Source of the DNA: Clostridia bacterium
Lineage (GTDB): Bacteria; Bacillota; Clostridia; Christensenellales; CAMQZB01
Reading direction: 5' to 3'
Length of the DNA stretch: 55,898 nt
NCBI GenBank assembly: GCA_045579195.1
Contig: JAZNLR010000065.1
Span: 1 to 55,898 of the forward strand
Part shown: piece after piece, positions 27,108-36,471 of the stretch
How the letters are laid out: each line of letters opens with the position of its first letter
Position numbering within the stretch: the first letter of the stretch is position 1
Notes under the pieces: generated by a model
What the model was told of the DNA's origin: nothing
Databases searched by the model: none
Seen by the model: the letters and a program-made list of their open reading frames with translations, nothing else
Position numbers and translations under genes: made by a program

Positions 27108-27860
27108 ATGAAACAGAAAGCAAGTCTTTTCGTCGTATTTCTCGCGTGCGTTCTTTTCCTGACCGCCTGCTCCTGCGGAGGAAAACAGATCTCCGGCATT
27201 CAGGTCAAGAGCAAGCCGACAAAGCTGTCGTACACAGTTGGGGAGACGCTCGACTTGAGCGGCGGAACTTTGCTCGTCACGTATAGCGACAAGAGCAAGA
27301 AAGAAGTGAAGATGACAAAGGATATGGTTGACCTCTCAAAGATCGATATGAGCAAGGCGGGAAAGAAGACGGTCACCGTCACTTACGTTGAGGGCAAGGT
27401 GACCAAGTCTGTCACGTTCGACATTCAGGTCGCGGAAAAGACTCAGGAAGAAACGCCCGCAGTTACGATGGAGATCCGATTGCCCGAGGGTGAGATCAAG
27501 GCAGGGCAGGAGATCACCTTCAAGGTTTATGCAAAGGCAGAAAAGGAACTCGGCAAAGCAATTCTCTTTCAGTTCACCTTAAAAAAGGGGGATCTCGCCG
27601 TTGCAGAACAGGGCTTTTCCTATCTCGTTGGAACGTCTTGGGTGGAATTTCTCACGGACACCAACGGCAAAGTCCTTTTTAAACAGCCGTCAAAGATGAC
27701 CGTGACCAGCGCACGGATCGTGAGCGGCAAGGAAACCGAGTTTAAGGTGAAGTTTGCTGCGGCGGGGGAATATCGTCTCACAGTTTCCCTCGTGGAAGAC
27801 GTTGCAACCGACGGATATCCCGAGATCAAGAGCGTTTCCAAGACCGTTTCCGTCAAGTAA
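27108..27860 (+). CDS. lipoprotein with a bacterial Ig-like (Big-type) domain
   Basis: Signal peptide plus lipobox (VLFLTAC|S). KLSYTVGETLDLSGGTLLVTYSDKSKKEV...KTVTVTY matches the Big_3-like repeat pattern. AGGAGG RBS. Confidence 0.8.
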   Translation: MKQKASLFVVFLACVLFLTACSCGGKQISGIQVKSKPTKLSYTVGETLDLSGGTLLVTYSDKSKKEVKMTKDMVDLSKIDMSKAGKKTVTVTYVEGKVTKSVTFDIQVAEKTQEETPAVTMEIRLPEGEIKAGQEITFKVYAKAEKELGKAILFQFTLKKGDLAVAEQGFSYLVGTSWVEFLTDTNGKVLFKQPSKMTVTSARIVSGKETEFKVKFAAAGEYRLTVSLVEDVATDGYPEIKSVSKTVSVK

Positions 27861-27864
27861 GTCT

Positions 27865-27886
27865 CGCGTGCGCGCGTACGCGCGCG
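27865..27886. repeat. 22-nt perfect alternating pyrimidine-purine tract containing the 16-nt palindrome GCGCGCGTACGCGCGC
   Basis: cgcgtgcgcgcgtacgcgcgcg at 27865-27886. The palindrome occupies 27870-27885, 5 nt after the lipoprotein stop codon. Confidence 0.9.
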
Positions 27887-27906
27887 AAAATCTAATAGGA
27901 AAAGAG

Positions 27907-27941
27907 CCGTCTGCAAAATGGATTTTTGCAGACGGTTTTTT
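27907..27941 (+). terminator. intrinsic terminator
   Basis: CCGTCTGCAAAA-tggat-TTTTGCAGACGG, a 12-bp perfect stem, followed by tttttt. Confidence 0.9.
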
Positions 27942-27998
27942 CTTGCAAAAAAGCGTTAAAAATCGCGAAAAAACTTGTAAAATACTTGCAAAAATCGC

Positions 27999-28027
27999 TT
28001 GACATATAGAGGCTTGTTCGATATAAT
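27999..28027 (+). promoter_or_regulatory. consensus sigma-A promoter of the S10 ribosomal operon
   Basis: TTGACA (27999-28004), 17-nt spacer, TATAAT (28022-28027). Confidence 0.8.
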
Positions 28028-28033
28028 AATAGA

Positions 28034-28232
28034 GCTGTTTTTATGTGGTAGGGGTAGTTTGCGCTTTTTGCAGACAGACTGACCGCCTAAGAATCGGGTA
28101 AAAATCGTTAAGAACGACTAACTCCGAGACCGAAATTGACATCGGGTTTTTTTAAGACCAAAGCGCGACACGCGCGGATGAGTTGATGAAAATGACGTCT
28201 ACGGGCATGAGTCGTAAAATAGGAGGACTTAA
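28034..28232 (+). promoter_or_regulatory. roughly 200-nt untranslated leader of the S10 operon with a weak hairpin plus T7 run
   Basis: The distance from the -10 to the rpsJ ATG is about 205 nt. tCCGA-(14 nt)-TCGGg is followed by ttttttt at 28123-28153, and GCGCG-aca-CGCGC sits at about 28163-28175. Confidence 0.45.
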
Positions 28233-28532
28233 ATGGCAAGTCAAAAAATCAGAATCAAATTGAGAGCATACGATCACAATTTGGTTGACCAGGCAGCTGA
28301 TCGCATCGTCGAAGCTATGAAGAAGGCTGGCGCGAAGATCTCGGGACCGATTCCTCTTCCCACCGATAAGGAAATCGTGACGATCCTTCGTTCCCCCCAT
28401 AAGTACAAAGATTCGCGCGAGCAGTTCGAAATCCGTACCCACAAGAGAATCATTGATATCTATGGACCGAATGCGAAGATTTTGGACGGTATTCACCTTC
28501 CCGCAGGCGTCGATATCAAGATCAAGCTTTAA
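28233..28532 (+). CDS. rpsJ: 30S ribosomal protein S10
   Basis: [27 protein letters not shown]...; AGGAGG RBS. Confidence 0.98.
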   Translation: MASQKIRIKLRAYDHNLVDQAADRIVEAMKKAGAKISGPIPLPTDKEIVTILRSPHKYKDSREQFEIRTHKRIIDIYGPNAKILDGIHLPAGVDIKIKL

Positions 28533-28562
28533 GCGGAAAAAATACGGAGGTGAACTTTATCA

Positions 28563-29195
28563 ATGAATAAAGCAATCATTGGAAGAAAATTGGGAATGAC
28601 CCAGATTTTCACAGAAACAGGACTTGTGATCCCCGTAACCGTCGTTGAGGCAGGCCCTTGCGCGGTTGTGCAGAAGAAGACCGTTGAACGCGACGGATAC
28701 AGCGCTGTACAGTTCGGGTTTGAAGAGATTACGAAACTCAATCGCACCAACAAGGCAATCATCGGACATTGCAAGAAGGCAAACCTTGGCCCGATGAAGA
28801 CCTTTAAGGAGTTCAGATTGGATAACGCTGATTCCTTCGAAGTTGGCCAGATCGTCAAAGCTGACGTGTTTGAGGCAGGCGAGAAGGTTGACGTTTCCGG
28901 CGTAACCCGCGGTCGTGGATTCACGGGTACGATCCAGAGATGGAACCAGGCAAGATTGAGAATGTCGCACGGTACCGGCCCGGTTCACAGAGAGGTTGGT
29001 TCCATGGGTGCAAACTCGACGCCGAGCAGAGTGCTCAAATCCAAAAAGATGCCCGGACAGTACGGTGTGGAAAATGTCACCATCCGCAACCTGACGGTTG
29101 TGAGAGTTGATGCAGAGAGAAACGTTCTCCTCATCAAGGGTGCGATTCCCGGCCCGAAGGGCGGTCTCGTTTCCGTTGTGGATGCGAAGGCGTAA
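28563..29195 (+). CDS. rplC: 50S ribosomal protein L3
   Basis: MNKAIIGRKLGMTQIFTETGLVIPVTVVEAGPC... Confidence 0.98.
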   Translation: MNKAIIGRKLGMTQIFTETGLVIPVTVVEAGPCAVVQKKTVERDGYSAVQFGFEEITKLNRTNKAIIGHCKKANLGPMKTFKEFRLDNADSFEVGQIVKADVFEAGEKVDVSGVTRGRGFTGTIQRWNQARLRMSHGTGPVHREVGSMGANSTPSRVLKSKKMPGQYGVENVTIRNLTVVRVDAERNVLLIKGAIPGPKGGLVSVVDAKA

Positions 29196-29220
29196 TTCGT
29201 GGAAATAAAGGAGAAAGACA

Positions 29221-29847
29221 ATGCCTAACGTTAAACTTTATAATATGGCCGGCAAAGAGGTCGGCGAGTTGAATCTGAATGATGCAGTCTTTGGCCAGGA
29301 GTACAACGAAGCGCTCATTCACCAGGTTGTCGTCGCACAGGCGGCAAATGCAAGACAGGGAACGAAAAGCGCGCTGACCCGTTCGGAAGTTCGCGGCGGC
29401 GGCAAGAAGCCCTGGAGACAGAAGGGAACCGGTCGTGCTCGTCAGGGTTCGATCCGCGCTCCGCAGTGGATCAAGGGCGGAATCGTGTTCGCACCGAAGC
29501 CCAGAGATTTCTCCAAGAAGGTCAACATCAAGGCGCGTCGCCAGGCGCTCAAGAGTGCTTTGTCCTATAAGGCAGGCGCAAGCGAGCTTTACGTTCTCGA
29601 CGCTTTGACCCTCAATGAGATTAAGACGAAGGAAGTTGCTGCAGTGATCAAGAACTTGAACCTGAGAGGTTCTGTTCTGTTGGTTCTGCCTGAGTACGAC
29701 GAGCTCGTTTTGAGAGCTGCAAAGAACATCGAAGTTCTGAGCACGACGTACGCTGACCTTCTGAACGTCACCGAAGTTGTTAAGAACATCAACATTCTGA
29801 CCACGGTTGACGGTATTAAGAAAATCGAGGAGGTTTGTTCGAAATGA
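29221..29847 (+). CDS. rplD: 50S ribosomal protein L4
   Basis: MPNVKLYNMAGKEVGELNLNDAVFG...GGGKKPWRQKGTGRARQGS. Confidence 0.98.
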   Translation: MPNVKLYNMAGKEVGELNLNDAVFGQEYNEALIHQVVVAQAANARQGTKSALTRSEVRGGGKKPWRQKGTGRARQGSIRAPQWIKGGIVFAPKPRDFSKKVNIKARRQALKSALSYKAGASELYVLDALTLNEIKTKEVAAVIKNLNLRGSVLLVLPEYDELVLRAAKNIEVLSTTYADLLNVTEVVKNINILTTVDGIKKIEEVCSK

Positions 29848-30134
29848 CCGCAAGAGACATTATCATTAAGCCGCTCCTCACGGAGAAGAGCTATGACGGC
29901 ATCAACGACAAGAAGTACACCTTCATCGTCGCAAACGGTGCAAACAGAACGATGGTCAAGAAGGCTGTCGAGGAGATCTTCGAGGTTAAGGTCGAATCCG
30001 TTAACATGGGTAAGGTTCTCGGAAAGATGAAGCGCCAGGGAAGATACGAGGGAATGACCCCCACGCTCAAGAAGGCAATCGTTCAGCTCAAGGCTGACAG
30101 CAAGCCCATCGAGTTCTTCGAGAGTCTGTCTTAA
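29844..30134 (+). CDS. rplW: 50S ribosomal protein L23
   Basis: ATG 29844 (MTARDIIIKPLLTEKS) overlaps the rplD stop (ATGA). The ORF track begins 3 codons earlier at TTG. Confidence 0.96.
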   Translation: MTARDIIIKPLLTEKSYDGINDKKYTFIVANGANRTMVKKAVEEIFEVKVESVNMGKVLGKMKRQGRYEGMTPTLKKAIVQLKADSKPIEFFESLS

Positions 30135-30152
30135 TTTGGGAGGAAGAGAACA

Positions 30153-30980
30153 ATGGCTTTGAAAAGATATAAACCGACTTCCGCGGCTCGCCGTTATATG
30201 AGCAGCCTGTCTTTCGAAGAGCTGACCAAGAAGGCTCCCGAAAGAGCATTGCTCGACACCATTAAGAAAACGGGTGGCCGTAATGCACAGGGAAGAATCA
30301 CCGTTCGTCATATCGGCGGTGGAAACAGACAGAAGTACAGAATCATCGACTTCAAGAGATTGAAAGATGGCATCCCCGCAAAGGTTACCGCCATTGAGTA
30401 CGATCCGAACCGCTCCGCAAACATCGCGCTTTTGTGCTATGCGGACGGTGAGAAGAGATACATCCTCGCACCGGTTGGCCTCAACGTGGGCGCAAAGGTT
30501 ATGAGCGGCCCGACCGCAGACATCAAGGTCGGAAACGCACTTCCCCTTTCCGAGATCCCCGTTGGTACGATGGTGCACAACATCGAGCTGCATCCCGGCA
30601 AGGGCGGACAGATCGCTCGCTCTGCAGGTATGAGTGCGCAGCTGATGGCTAAGGAAGGCAAGTATGCAAACCTTAGAATGCCCAGCGGCGAGATGAGACT
30701 CGTTCCCATCCAGTGCCGTGCGACGATCGGTCAGGTCGGAAACCTTGAACACGAGATCGTGTCCATCGGATCCGCAGGAAGAAAGCGTCACATGGGCGTT
30801 CGCCCGACGGTCAGAGGTTCGGTTATGAACCCGTGCGATCACCCGCATGGTGGTGGTGAGGGTAAATCTCCTGTCGGACGTCCGGGTCCTGTAACTCCGT
30901 GGGGTAAGCCTGCGCTTGGTTATAAGACCAGAAAGAAGAAGAACAACACCGATAAGTTCATTATCAAGAGAATTAACTAA
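30153..30980 (+). CDS. rplB: 50S ribosomal protein L2
   Basis: [16 protein letters not shown]...[11 protein letters not shown]. Confidence 0.98.
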   Translation: MALKRYKPTSAARRYMSSLSFEELTKKAPERALLDTIKKTGGRNAQGRITVRHIGGGNRQKYRIIDFKRLKDGIPAKVTAIEYDPNRSANIALLCYADGEKRYILAPVGLNVGAKVMSGPTADIKVGNALPLSEIPVGTMVHNIELHPGKGGQIARSAGMSAQLMAKEGKYANLRMPSGEMRLVPIQCRATIGQVGNLEHEIVSIGSAGRKRHMGVRPTVRGSVMNPCDHPHGGGEGKSPVGRPGPVTPWGKPALGYKTRKKKNNTDKFIIKRIN

Positions 30981-30994
30981 TCGGGGAGGACATT

Positions 30995-31273
30995 ATGAGT
31001 AGATCAGTTAAGAAAGGCCCCTTCGTGGAACAGCGCCTGTTTGATAGAATTAAGAAGATGAACGAAGCAAATGAGAAGAAGGTTGTCAAGACCTGGTCGC
31101 GTGCTTCGACGATCTTCCCTGATTTCGTTGGCCACACCATCGCGGTGCACGACGGAAGAAAGCACGTCCCCGTTTATGTGACCGAGGATATGGTAGGTTG
31201 CAAGCTCGGCGAATTCGCTCCGACGAGAACGTTTAAGGGGCATGCCGGCGAGAAGACCACCGGTAAGAAGTAA
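30995..31273 (+). CDS. rpsS: 30S ribosomal protein S19
   Basis: [16 protein letters not shown]...[17 protein letters not shown]. Confidence 0.98.
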   Translation: MSRSVKKGPFVEQRLFDRIKKMNEANEKKVVKTWSRASTIFPDFVGHTIAVHDGRKHVPVYVTEDMVGCKLGEFAPTRTFKGHAGEKTTGKK

Positions 31274-31285
31274 GGAGACGGAAAA

Positions 31286-31672
31286 ATGGCAAAGAGATTA
31301 AGAGAAAGAACTAAGAGAATTGCCGAGACCAAGGATAAGCGTCCGTACGCGGTCGCAAAGTATGTCCGCATCTCTCCGTTTAAGGTAAGAATCGTGCTCG
31401 ACCTCATCAGAGGGAAGGATCTTCGCGAGGCTCTCGCTATCTTGGAGACCACGCCGAAGTCCGCAAGCGAGCCCATTGCGAAGGTTCTCAACTCCGCTGC
31501 TGCAAATGCTGAGCACAACCTCAACATGAGCAGAGACAACCTGTACGTTGCAGAAACGTATGCTGATCAGGGCCCGACCTTGAAGCGCGTTATGCCGAGA
31601 GCACAGGGAAGAGCGTTCAGAATCTTGAAGCGCACGAGCCACATCACTGTTGTGCTCGACGCAAGAAATTAA
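31286..31672 (+). CDS. rplV: 50S ribosomal protein L22
   Basis: ...[23 protein letters not shown]... Confidence 0.97.
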   Translation: MAKRLRERTKRIAETKDKRPYAVAKYVRISPFKVRIVLDLIRGKDLREALAILETTPKSASEPIAKVLNSAAANAEHNLNMSRDNLYVAETYADQGPTLKRVMPRAQGRAFRILKRTSHITVVLDARN

Positions 31673-31687
31673 CGGAGGATAGATCGA

Positions 31688-32350
31688 ATGGGACAGAAAG
31701 TTAATCCTCATGGATTGAGAGTGGGTGTAATTAAAAAATGGGACACCCAGTGGTTCGCAGATAAGAAGGATTTTTCGGTCAATATCAAAGAAGATTATGA
31801 AATCCGTAAATTTATCGAGACGAAGCATGCAGATTGCGGTATCTCCAAGATCACCATTGAGAGAGCTGCAAATCGTGTAACCGTTGGAATCGTTGCAGGT
31901 CGCCCCGGTTTGCTTATCGGCAAGGGCGGCGAGGGCATCGTCGTGTTGAAGAAGGAGCTCGAGAAGCTCATCCCCGGCAAGACGGTTGCAGTCAACGTGA
32001 CCGAAGTCAAGAAGATCGACGCAGACGCTCAGTTGGTTGCTGAAGGAATTGCAGCACAGCTCGAGAAGCGCGTTGGCTTCCGCCGTGCAATGAAGCAGTC
32101 CATTCAGCGTGCAATGAGAGCAGGCGCGAAGGGAATCAAGGTCATGGTCAGCGGTAGACTTGACGGAGCAGAAATTGCGCGTTGTGAGAGCTATCACGAG
32201 GGATCCATTCCTCTTCAGACTCTGCGCGCGAACATTGAGTACGGCTTCTATGAGGCTCATACCACGTTTGGAGTTATCGGCGTTAAGGTTTGGGTCTACA
32301 CGGGTGAGGTGCTCGCAAAGCGCGTTAACGCGGAAGGAGGCGAAGCTTAA
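31688..32350 (+). CDS. rpsC: 30S ribosomal protein S3
   Basis: [24 protein letters not shown]... Confidence 0.98.
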   Translation: MGQKVNPHGLRVGVIKKWDTQWFADKKDFSVNIKEDYEIRKFIETKHADCGISKITIERAANRVTVGIVAGRPGLLIGKGGEGIVVLKKELEKLIPGKTVAVNVTEVKKIDADAQLVAEGIAAQLEKRVGFRRAMKQSIQRAMRAGAKGIKVMVSGRLDGAEIARCESYHEGSIPLQTLRANIEYGFYEAHTTFGVIGVKVWVYTGEVLAKRVNAEGGEA

Positions 32351-32352
32351 TT

Positions 32353-32784
32353 ATGTTGATGCCTAAGAGAGTCAAGAGAAGACGTGTGCACAGAGGCAGA
32401 TTGACCGGTAAGGCAAATTGCGGCAACAAGATCGCTTACGGCGATTACGCAATCGTTGCAACGAAGCCCTGCTGGATCAACTCGAATCAGATCGAGGCAG
32501 CCCGTATTGCAATCACGCGTTATATGAAGAGAGGCGGACAGGTTTGGGTGGATATTTTCCCGCACAAGCCGGTCACGAAGAAACCTGCTGAGACCCGCAT
32601 GGGTTCCGGTAAGGGTTCCCCTGAGTACTGGGTGGCCGTTGTTAAGCCCGGCCGCGTACTGTTTGAATGTGCAGGCGTCCCCGAAGAGGTGGCGAGAGAA
32701 GCACTCCGCTTGGGCGGACATAAGCTTCCTATCCCTGTTAAGTTCATCAAGAGAGAAGACATGAACGAGGAGGCGCAAGGTTAA
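32353..32784 (+). CDS. rplP: 50S ribosomal protein L16
   Basis: [21 protein letters not shown]... Confidence 0.98.
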   Translation: MLMPKRVKRRRVHRGRLTGKANCGNKIAYGDYAIVATKPCWINSNQIEAARIAITRYMKRGGQVWVDIFPHKPVTKKPAETRMGSGKGSPEYWVAVVKPGRVLFECAGVPEEVAREALRLGGHKLPIPVKFIKREDMNEEAQG

Positions 32785-32984
32785 TGAAAGCAAAACAGTT
32801 GCAAGATATGACCACCGAAGAACTGAACACGAAGCTTCAGGATCTCAAAACGGAATTGTTCAACCTTCGTTTCCGCCACGCGACCGGTCAGCTTACGAAC
32901 CCGATGACGATCAACACCTGCAAGAAGGACATCGCAAGGGTCAAGACCATTCTCCGTCAGCGTGAGATTCAGGCGCAGGCTTAA
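32784..32984 (+). CDS. rpmC: 50S ribosomal protein L29
   Basis: [30 protein letters not shown]...; TAATG overlap with rplP. Confidence 0.97.
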   Translation: MKAKQLQDMTTEELNTKLQDLKTELFNLRFRHATGQLTNPMTINTCKKDIARVKTILRQREIQAQA

Positions 32985-33002
32985 TTCGGGAGGTAAAGAG
33001 TA

Positions 33003-33269
33003 ATGGAAAACGTAAAAGAAAGAAACCTCAGAAAGTCCAGAATCGGTATCGTTGTTTCCGATAAGATGGACAAAACGGTCGTTGTTGCCGTTGAGGATAA
33101 GTTTAAACATCCGCTTTACAAGAAGACCGTCAAGAAAACGCACAAGTTCAAAGCACACGATGCAGAGAACGCTTGCGGAATCGGTGACACCGTTCTCATT
33201 ATGGAGACGAGAAAGCTGAGCCGCGATAAGAATTGGCGCGTTGTCGAAATTGTCGAGAAGGCGAAATAA
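33003..33269 (+). CDS. rpsQ: 30S ribosomal protein S17
   Basis: ...[22 protein letters not shown]... Confidence 0.97.
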   Translation: MENVKERNLRKSRIGIVVSDKMDKTVVVAVEDKFKHPLYKKTVKKTHKFKAHDAENACGIGDTVLIMETRKLSRDKNWRVVEIVEKAK

Positions 33270-33288
33270 GTTTTAAGGAGAACGTACT

Positions 33289-33657
33289 ATGATACAACCT
33301 CAGACTCGGTTAGTTGCGGCCGACAATTCGGGCGCAAAGGAAATTATGTGTATCAGAGTGCTGGGCGGTTCTTTCAGACGCAGCGGAAATATCGGCGATG
33401 TTATTATTGCAAGTGTAAAAACTGCAACGCCGGGTGGAGCTGTTAAGAAAGGCGACGTCGTCCGTGCTGTTATCGTTAGAACCAGCAAGGGCGTCAGAAG
33501 GCCGGACGGCACCTACATCAAGTTTGACGATAATGCGGCAGTCATCATCGACACGCAGAAGCAGCCGCGTGGCACTCGTATCTTTGGGCCTATCGCAAGA
33601 GAACTTCGTGACAAGGATTATATGAGAATTATCTCCCTTGCTCCGGAAGTGCTGTAA
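33289..33657 (+). CDS. rplN: 50S ribosomal protein L14
   Basis: [27 protein letters not shown]... Confidence 0.98.
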   Translation: MIQPQTRLVAADNSGAKEIMCIRVLGGSFRRSGNIGDVIIASVKTATPGGAVKKGDVVRAVIVRTSKGVRRPDGTYIKFDDNAAVIIDTQKQPRGTRIFGPIARELRDKDYMRIISLAPEVL

Positions 33658-33675
33658 TTGGAGGGAAAGAAAGTT

Positions 33676-34071
33676 ATGAACATTAAGAAAGGTGACAACG
33701 TCGTCGTAATTGCCGGAAAGGACAAGGGTAAGACGGGAAAGGTCACGTTCGCATTCCCTGCAGACAGCAAAGTCGTTGTTGACGGCGTGAACACTCAGAA
33801 GAAGCATCTGAAGGCACGCTCTGCACAGGATGTCGGTGGAATCATCGACAAGAACGGACCCATCGACGTCTCCAACGTCATGATCCTCTGCCCGACCTGC
33901 AACAAAGGAACGCGCATTGGACACGTGATCGACGAGAAGGGAAACAAGGTTAGAGTTTGCAAGAAGTGTGGCGCAGTTCTTCCGGAAGCATCCGCTCCGA
34001 AGAAAGAGGCTGAAAAGAAGCCCGCTAAGGCAAAGAGAACCAAGAAGACCAAAGAGGAGAAGGCTGAATAA
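33676..34071 (+). CDS. rplX: 50S ribosomal protein L24 (zinc-ribbon form with a Lys-rich C-terminal tail)
   Basis: ATG 33676 after GGAGGG (MNIKKGDNVVVIAGKDKGKTGKV, KOW motif). CPTC...CKKC is present. The roughly 30-aa tail is PKKEAEKKPAKAKRTKKTKEEKAE. Confidence 0.95.
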   Translation: MNIKKGDNVVVIAGKDKGKTGKVTFAFPADSKVVVDGVNTQKKHLKARSAQDVGGIIDKNGPIDVSNVMILCPTCNKGTRIGHVIDEKGNKVRVCKKCGAVLPEASAPKKEAEKKPAKAKRTKKTKEEKAE

Positions 34072-34141
34072 TCCAGCCGTTCCTTGCAGGGAGCACGAAA
34101 AACTCACAGCGTGATCCCTTGATGCCAACAGGAGGTATAAA

Positions 34142-34765
34142 GTGGCTCGTACAGAAAAGAATCAGGTTGCTAACGGAACTGCAACCGATGCGGCTGTAAC
34201 CGAAGCGGCAACCACCGCTAAGGAGCTGAACAGAGTGCACAAGAAGTACAATGACGAAGTCATTGAGGCACTCTATAAGAAGTTTAATTACGACAATATC
34301 AACCGTGTGCCCAAGCTCGACAAGATCGTGATCAACATGGGTCTCGGCGATATTAAGGACAATTCGAAGAGCATTCAGAATGCCGTTGAAGAATTGAAGA
34401 TCATCGCAGGACAGAAACCGGTTTTGACCAAGGCGAAAAAGTCCGTTGCAAACTTCAAGGTCAGAGTCGGTATGAACGTCGGAGCAAAGGTTACTTTGCG
34501 CGGCAAGAGAATGTACGAATTCTTTGACAAGTTTATCTCGGTTGCATTGCCTCGCGTTCGCGACTTCAAGGGTGTTCCCAAGAATTCGTTCGATGGCAGA
34601 GGAAACTATGCACTGGGCGTTAAGGAGCAGTTGATCTTCCCGGAAATCTCGTATGACCAGGTTGAGAAGATCAGAGGCTTTGATATCTGCTTCGTTACGA
34701 CGGCACACACCGACGACGAGGCACGTGAGCTGCTCAGAATGTTGGGTATGCCCTTTGCAAACTGA
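34142..34765 (+). CDS. rplE: 50S ribosomal protein L5 with an N-terminal extension
   Basis: GTG 34142 has AGGAGG 7 nt upstream. The conserved core starts at about residue 30 ([11 protein letters not shown]...[10 protein letters not shown]). An alternative GTG at 34235 (AAGGAG 9 nt upstream) would give a canonical-length protein. Confidence 0.93.
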   Translation: MARTEKNQVANGTATDAAVTEAATTAKELNRVHKKYNDEVIEALYKKFNYDNINRVPKLDKIVINMGLGDIKDNSKSIQNAVEELKIIAGQKPVLTKAKKSVANFKVRVGMNVGAKVTLRGKRMYEFFDKFISVALPRVRDFKGVPKNSFDGRGNYALGVKEQLIFPEISYDQVEKIRGFDICFVTTAHTDDEARELLRMLGMPFAN

Positions 34766-34783
34766 TTGGAGAGGTAAACGAAT

Positions 34784-34969
34784 ATGGCAAAGAAAGCTAT
34801 GATTAACAAACAGCAGAAGGCACAGAAGTTTTCCACGAGAGAGTACACCCGTTGCTCGATCTGCGGAAGACCTCACGCGGTTATCCGCAAGTACGGCATC
34901 TGCAGAATTTGCTTCAGAAACCTTGCTTACAAGGGACAGATTCCCGGCGTAAAGAAGGCAAGCTGGTAA
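34784..34969 (+). CDS. rpsN: 30S ribosomal protein S14, type Z (zinc-binding)
   Basis: 61 aa: [45 protein letters not shown]. Confidence 0.97.
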   Translation: MAKKAMINKQQKAQKFSTREYTRCSICGRPHAVIRKYGICRICFRNLAYKGQIPGVKKASW

Positions 34970-34985
34970 TTCAGGAGGTATAAAT

Positions 34986-35381
34986 ATGGTTACAGATCCT
35001 ATTGCAGATATGCTGACTAGAATCAGAAACGCGCAGACTGCAAAGCACGAGACTGTTGATATTCCCGCATCCAAGACGAAAGCCGCAATTGCAAACATCC
35101 TTCTCGAAGAGGGATATATCGCTGCAGTTGAGACCGTTGAAGAAGGTGTTGGAAGTGTCATCCGCATCACGCTGAAGTATGGCGCAAAGAAGGAAAAGGT
35201 CATCACCGGATTGAAGAGAATCTCCAAGCCCGGCCTGAGAGTTTATGCAAAGAGCGACAAGATCCCCAAGGTTCTTGGCGGACTCGGCGTTGCAATTATT
35301 TCCACCTCGAAGGGAATCATGACCGACAAGGCTGCGAGAGCATCCAAGAACGGTGGCGAAGTCCTCGCGTTCGTTTGGTAA
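34986..35381 (+). CDS. rpsH: 30S ribosomal protein S8
   Basis: [24 protein letters not shown]... Confidence 0.98.
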   Translation: MVTDPIADMLTRIRNAQTAKHETVDIPASKTKAAIANILLEEGYIAAVETVEEGVGSVIRITLKYGAKKEKVITGLKRISKPGLRVYAKSDKIPKVLGGLGVAIISTSKGIMTDKAARASKNGGEVLAFVW

Positions 35382-35401
35382 AATAACAGGAGGAACGAGT
35401 T

Positions 35402-35941
35402 ATGTCTAGAATTGGTAGAGCCGCGATTACGGTTCCCGCCGGCGTTACGATCTCTTGCGAGAACGACGTCGTGACCGTTAAGGGACCTTTGGGCGAGCTG
35501 AAACAGGATATCGACAACAGAATTTCCCTGAACCTCGAAAACGGCGTTTTGCAGTTGACGAGAGCAAACGACGAGAAGGAAATTCGTGCAAAGCACGGCC
35601 TTTACAGAGCACTCATCAACAACATGGTTGTTGGCGTAACCAAAGGATACACCAAGTCTTTGGTGATCAACGGCGTAGGTTACAAGGTGCAGATGCAGGG
35701 TGACAAGTGCGTTTTGAACATTGGTTTCTCTCACCCGATCGAGTTCGTTGCTCCGGCAGGCGTTAAGTTGTCTTGCCCGAACGCAAACGAAGTTGAAGTT
35801 AAGGGAATCGACCGCGTTGCGGTTGGACAGGTTGCAGCAAACATCCGTGCGCTCAAGAAGCCTGAGCCGTATCATGGATACGGAATCCGTTATAAGGATG
35901 AGGTTATCGAGCGTAAGGAAGGAAAGACTGCAGGTAAGTAA
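35402..35941 (+). CDS. rplF: 50S ribosomal protein L6
   Basis: MSRIGRAAITVPAGVTISCENDVVTVKGPLG... Confidence 0.98.
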   Translation: MSRIGRAAITVPAGVTISCENDVVTVKGPLGELKQDIDNRISLNLENGVLQLTRANDEKEIRAKHGLYRALINNMVVGVTKGYTKSLVINGVGYKVQMQGDKCVLNIGFSHPIEFVAPAGVKLSCPNANEVEVKGIDRVAVGQVAANIRALKKPEPYHGYGIRYKDEVIERKEGKTAGK

Positions 35942-36085
35942 GTCGGGTAAACAACGGCGGTTTTCAAGACTGCCGCTCTTTGCCGTCTGAAAACAGGCAA
36001 AGTGCACAAAGAATCATTCATCGCTCAGCAACGAGTCTCTTCGGTGCTTTGAGCGGGTGTGCTGGAAAATCATAAGGAGAATAAA
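35942..36085 (+). other. unusually long (144 nt) structured spacer between rplF and rplR
   Basis: Three hairpins are visible: CGGCGG-(9 nt)-CTGCCG, CTTTGCC-(11 nt)-GGCAAAG, and GCACA ... [CGCTCAGCA(A)C-(loop)-GTGCT(T)TGAGCG] ... TGTGC. There is no T-run, no ORF and no clear promoter. Confidence 0.5.
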
Positions 36086-36454
36086 ATGATCAGCAAAAAG
36101 GACAGAAATGCGGACAGAGCAAAGCGCCGCGCAAGAGTTCGTGCGAAGATCAGCGGAACTGCAGAATCGCCGAGACTCAGTGTTTACAGAAGTTTGAATC
36201 ACATTTATGCACAGCTTATCGATGACGTGAACGGAGTGACCCTTGCGGCAAGCTCCACCGTTGCGAAAGACGTTGCTTCCCAGTTGGAAGGAAAGACCAA
36301 GAAGGAAGCTGCTGAGCTGGTTGGCGAGACCCTCGCGAAGAAGGCTCTTGCAAAGGGTATTGAGTGCGCAGTGTTCGACAGAGGCGGATACCTCTATACT
36401 GGACGCGTTCAGGCATTAGCAGACGGTGCGCGCAAAGCCGGTCTGAAGTTTTAA
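36086..36454 (+). CDS. rplR: 50S ribosomal protein L18
   Basis: ATG 36086 after AAGGAGA ([36 protein letters not shown]). The ORF track begins at 36059. Confidence 0.97.
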   Translation: MISKKDRNADRAKRRARVRAKISGTAESPRLSVYRSLNHIYAQLIDDVNGVTLAASSTVAKDVASQLEGKTKKEAAELVGETLAKKALAKGIECAVFDRGGYLYTGRVQALADGARKAGLKF

Positions 36455-36471
36455 AGGAGGAAAATATTTTT

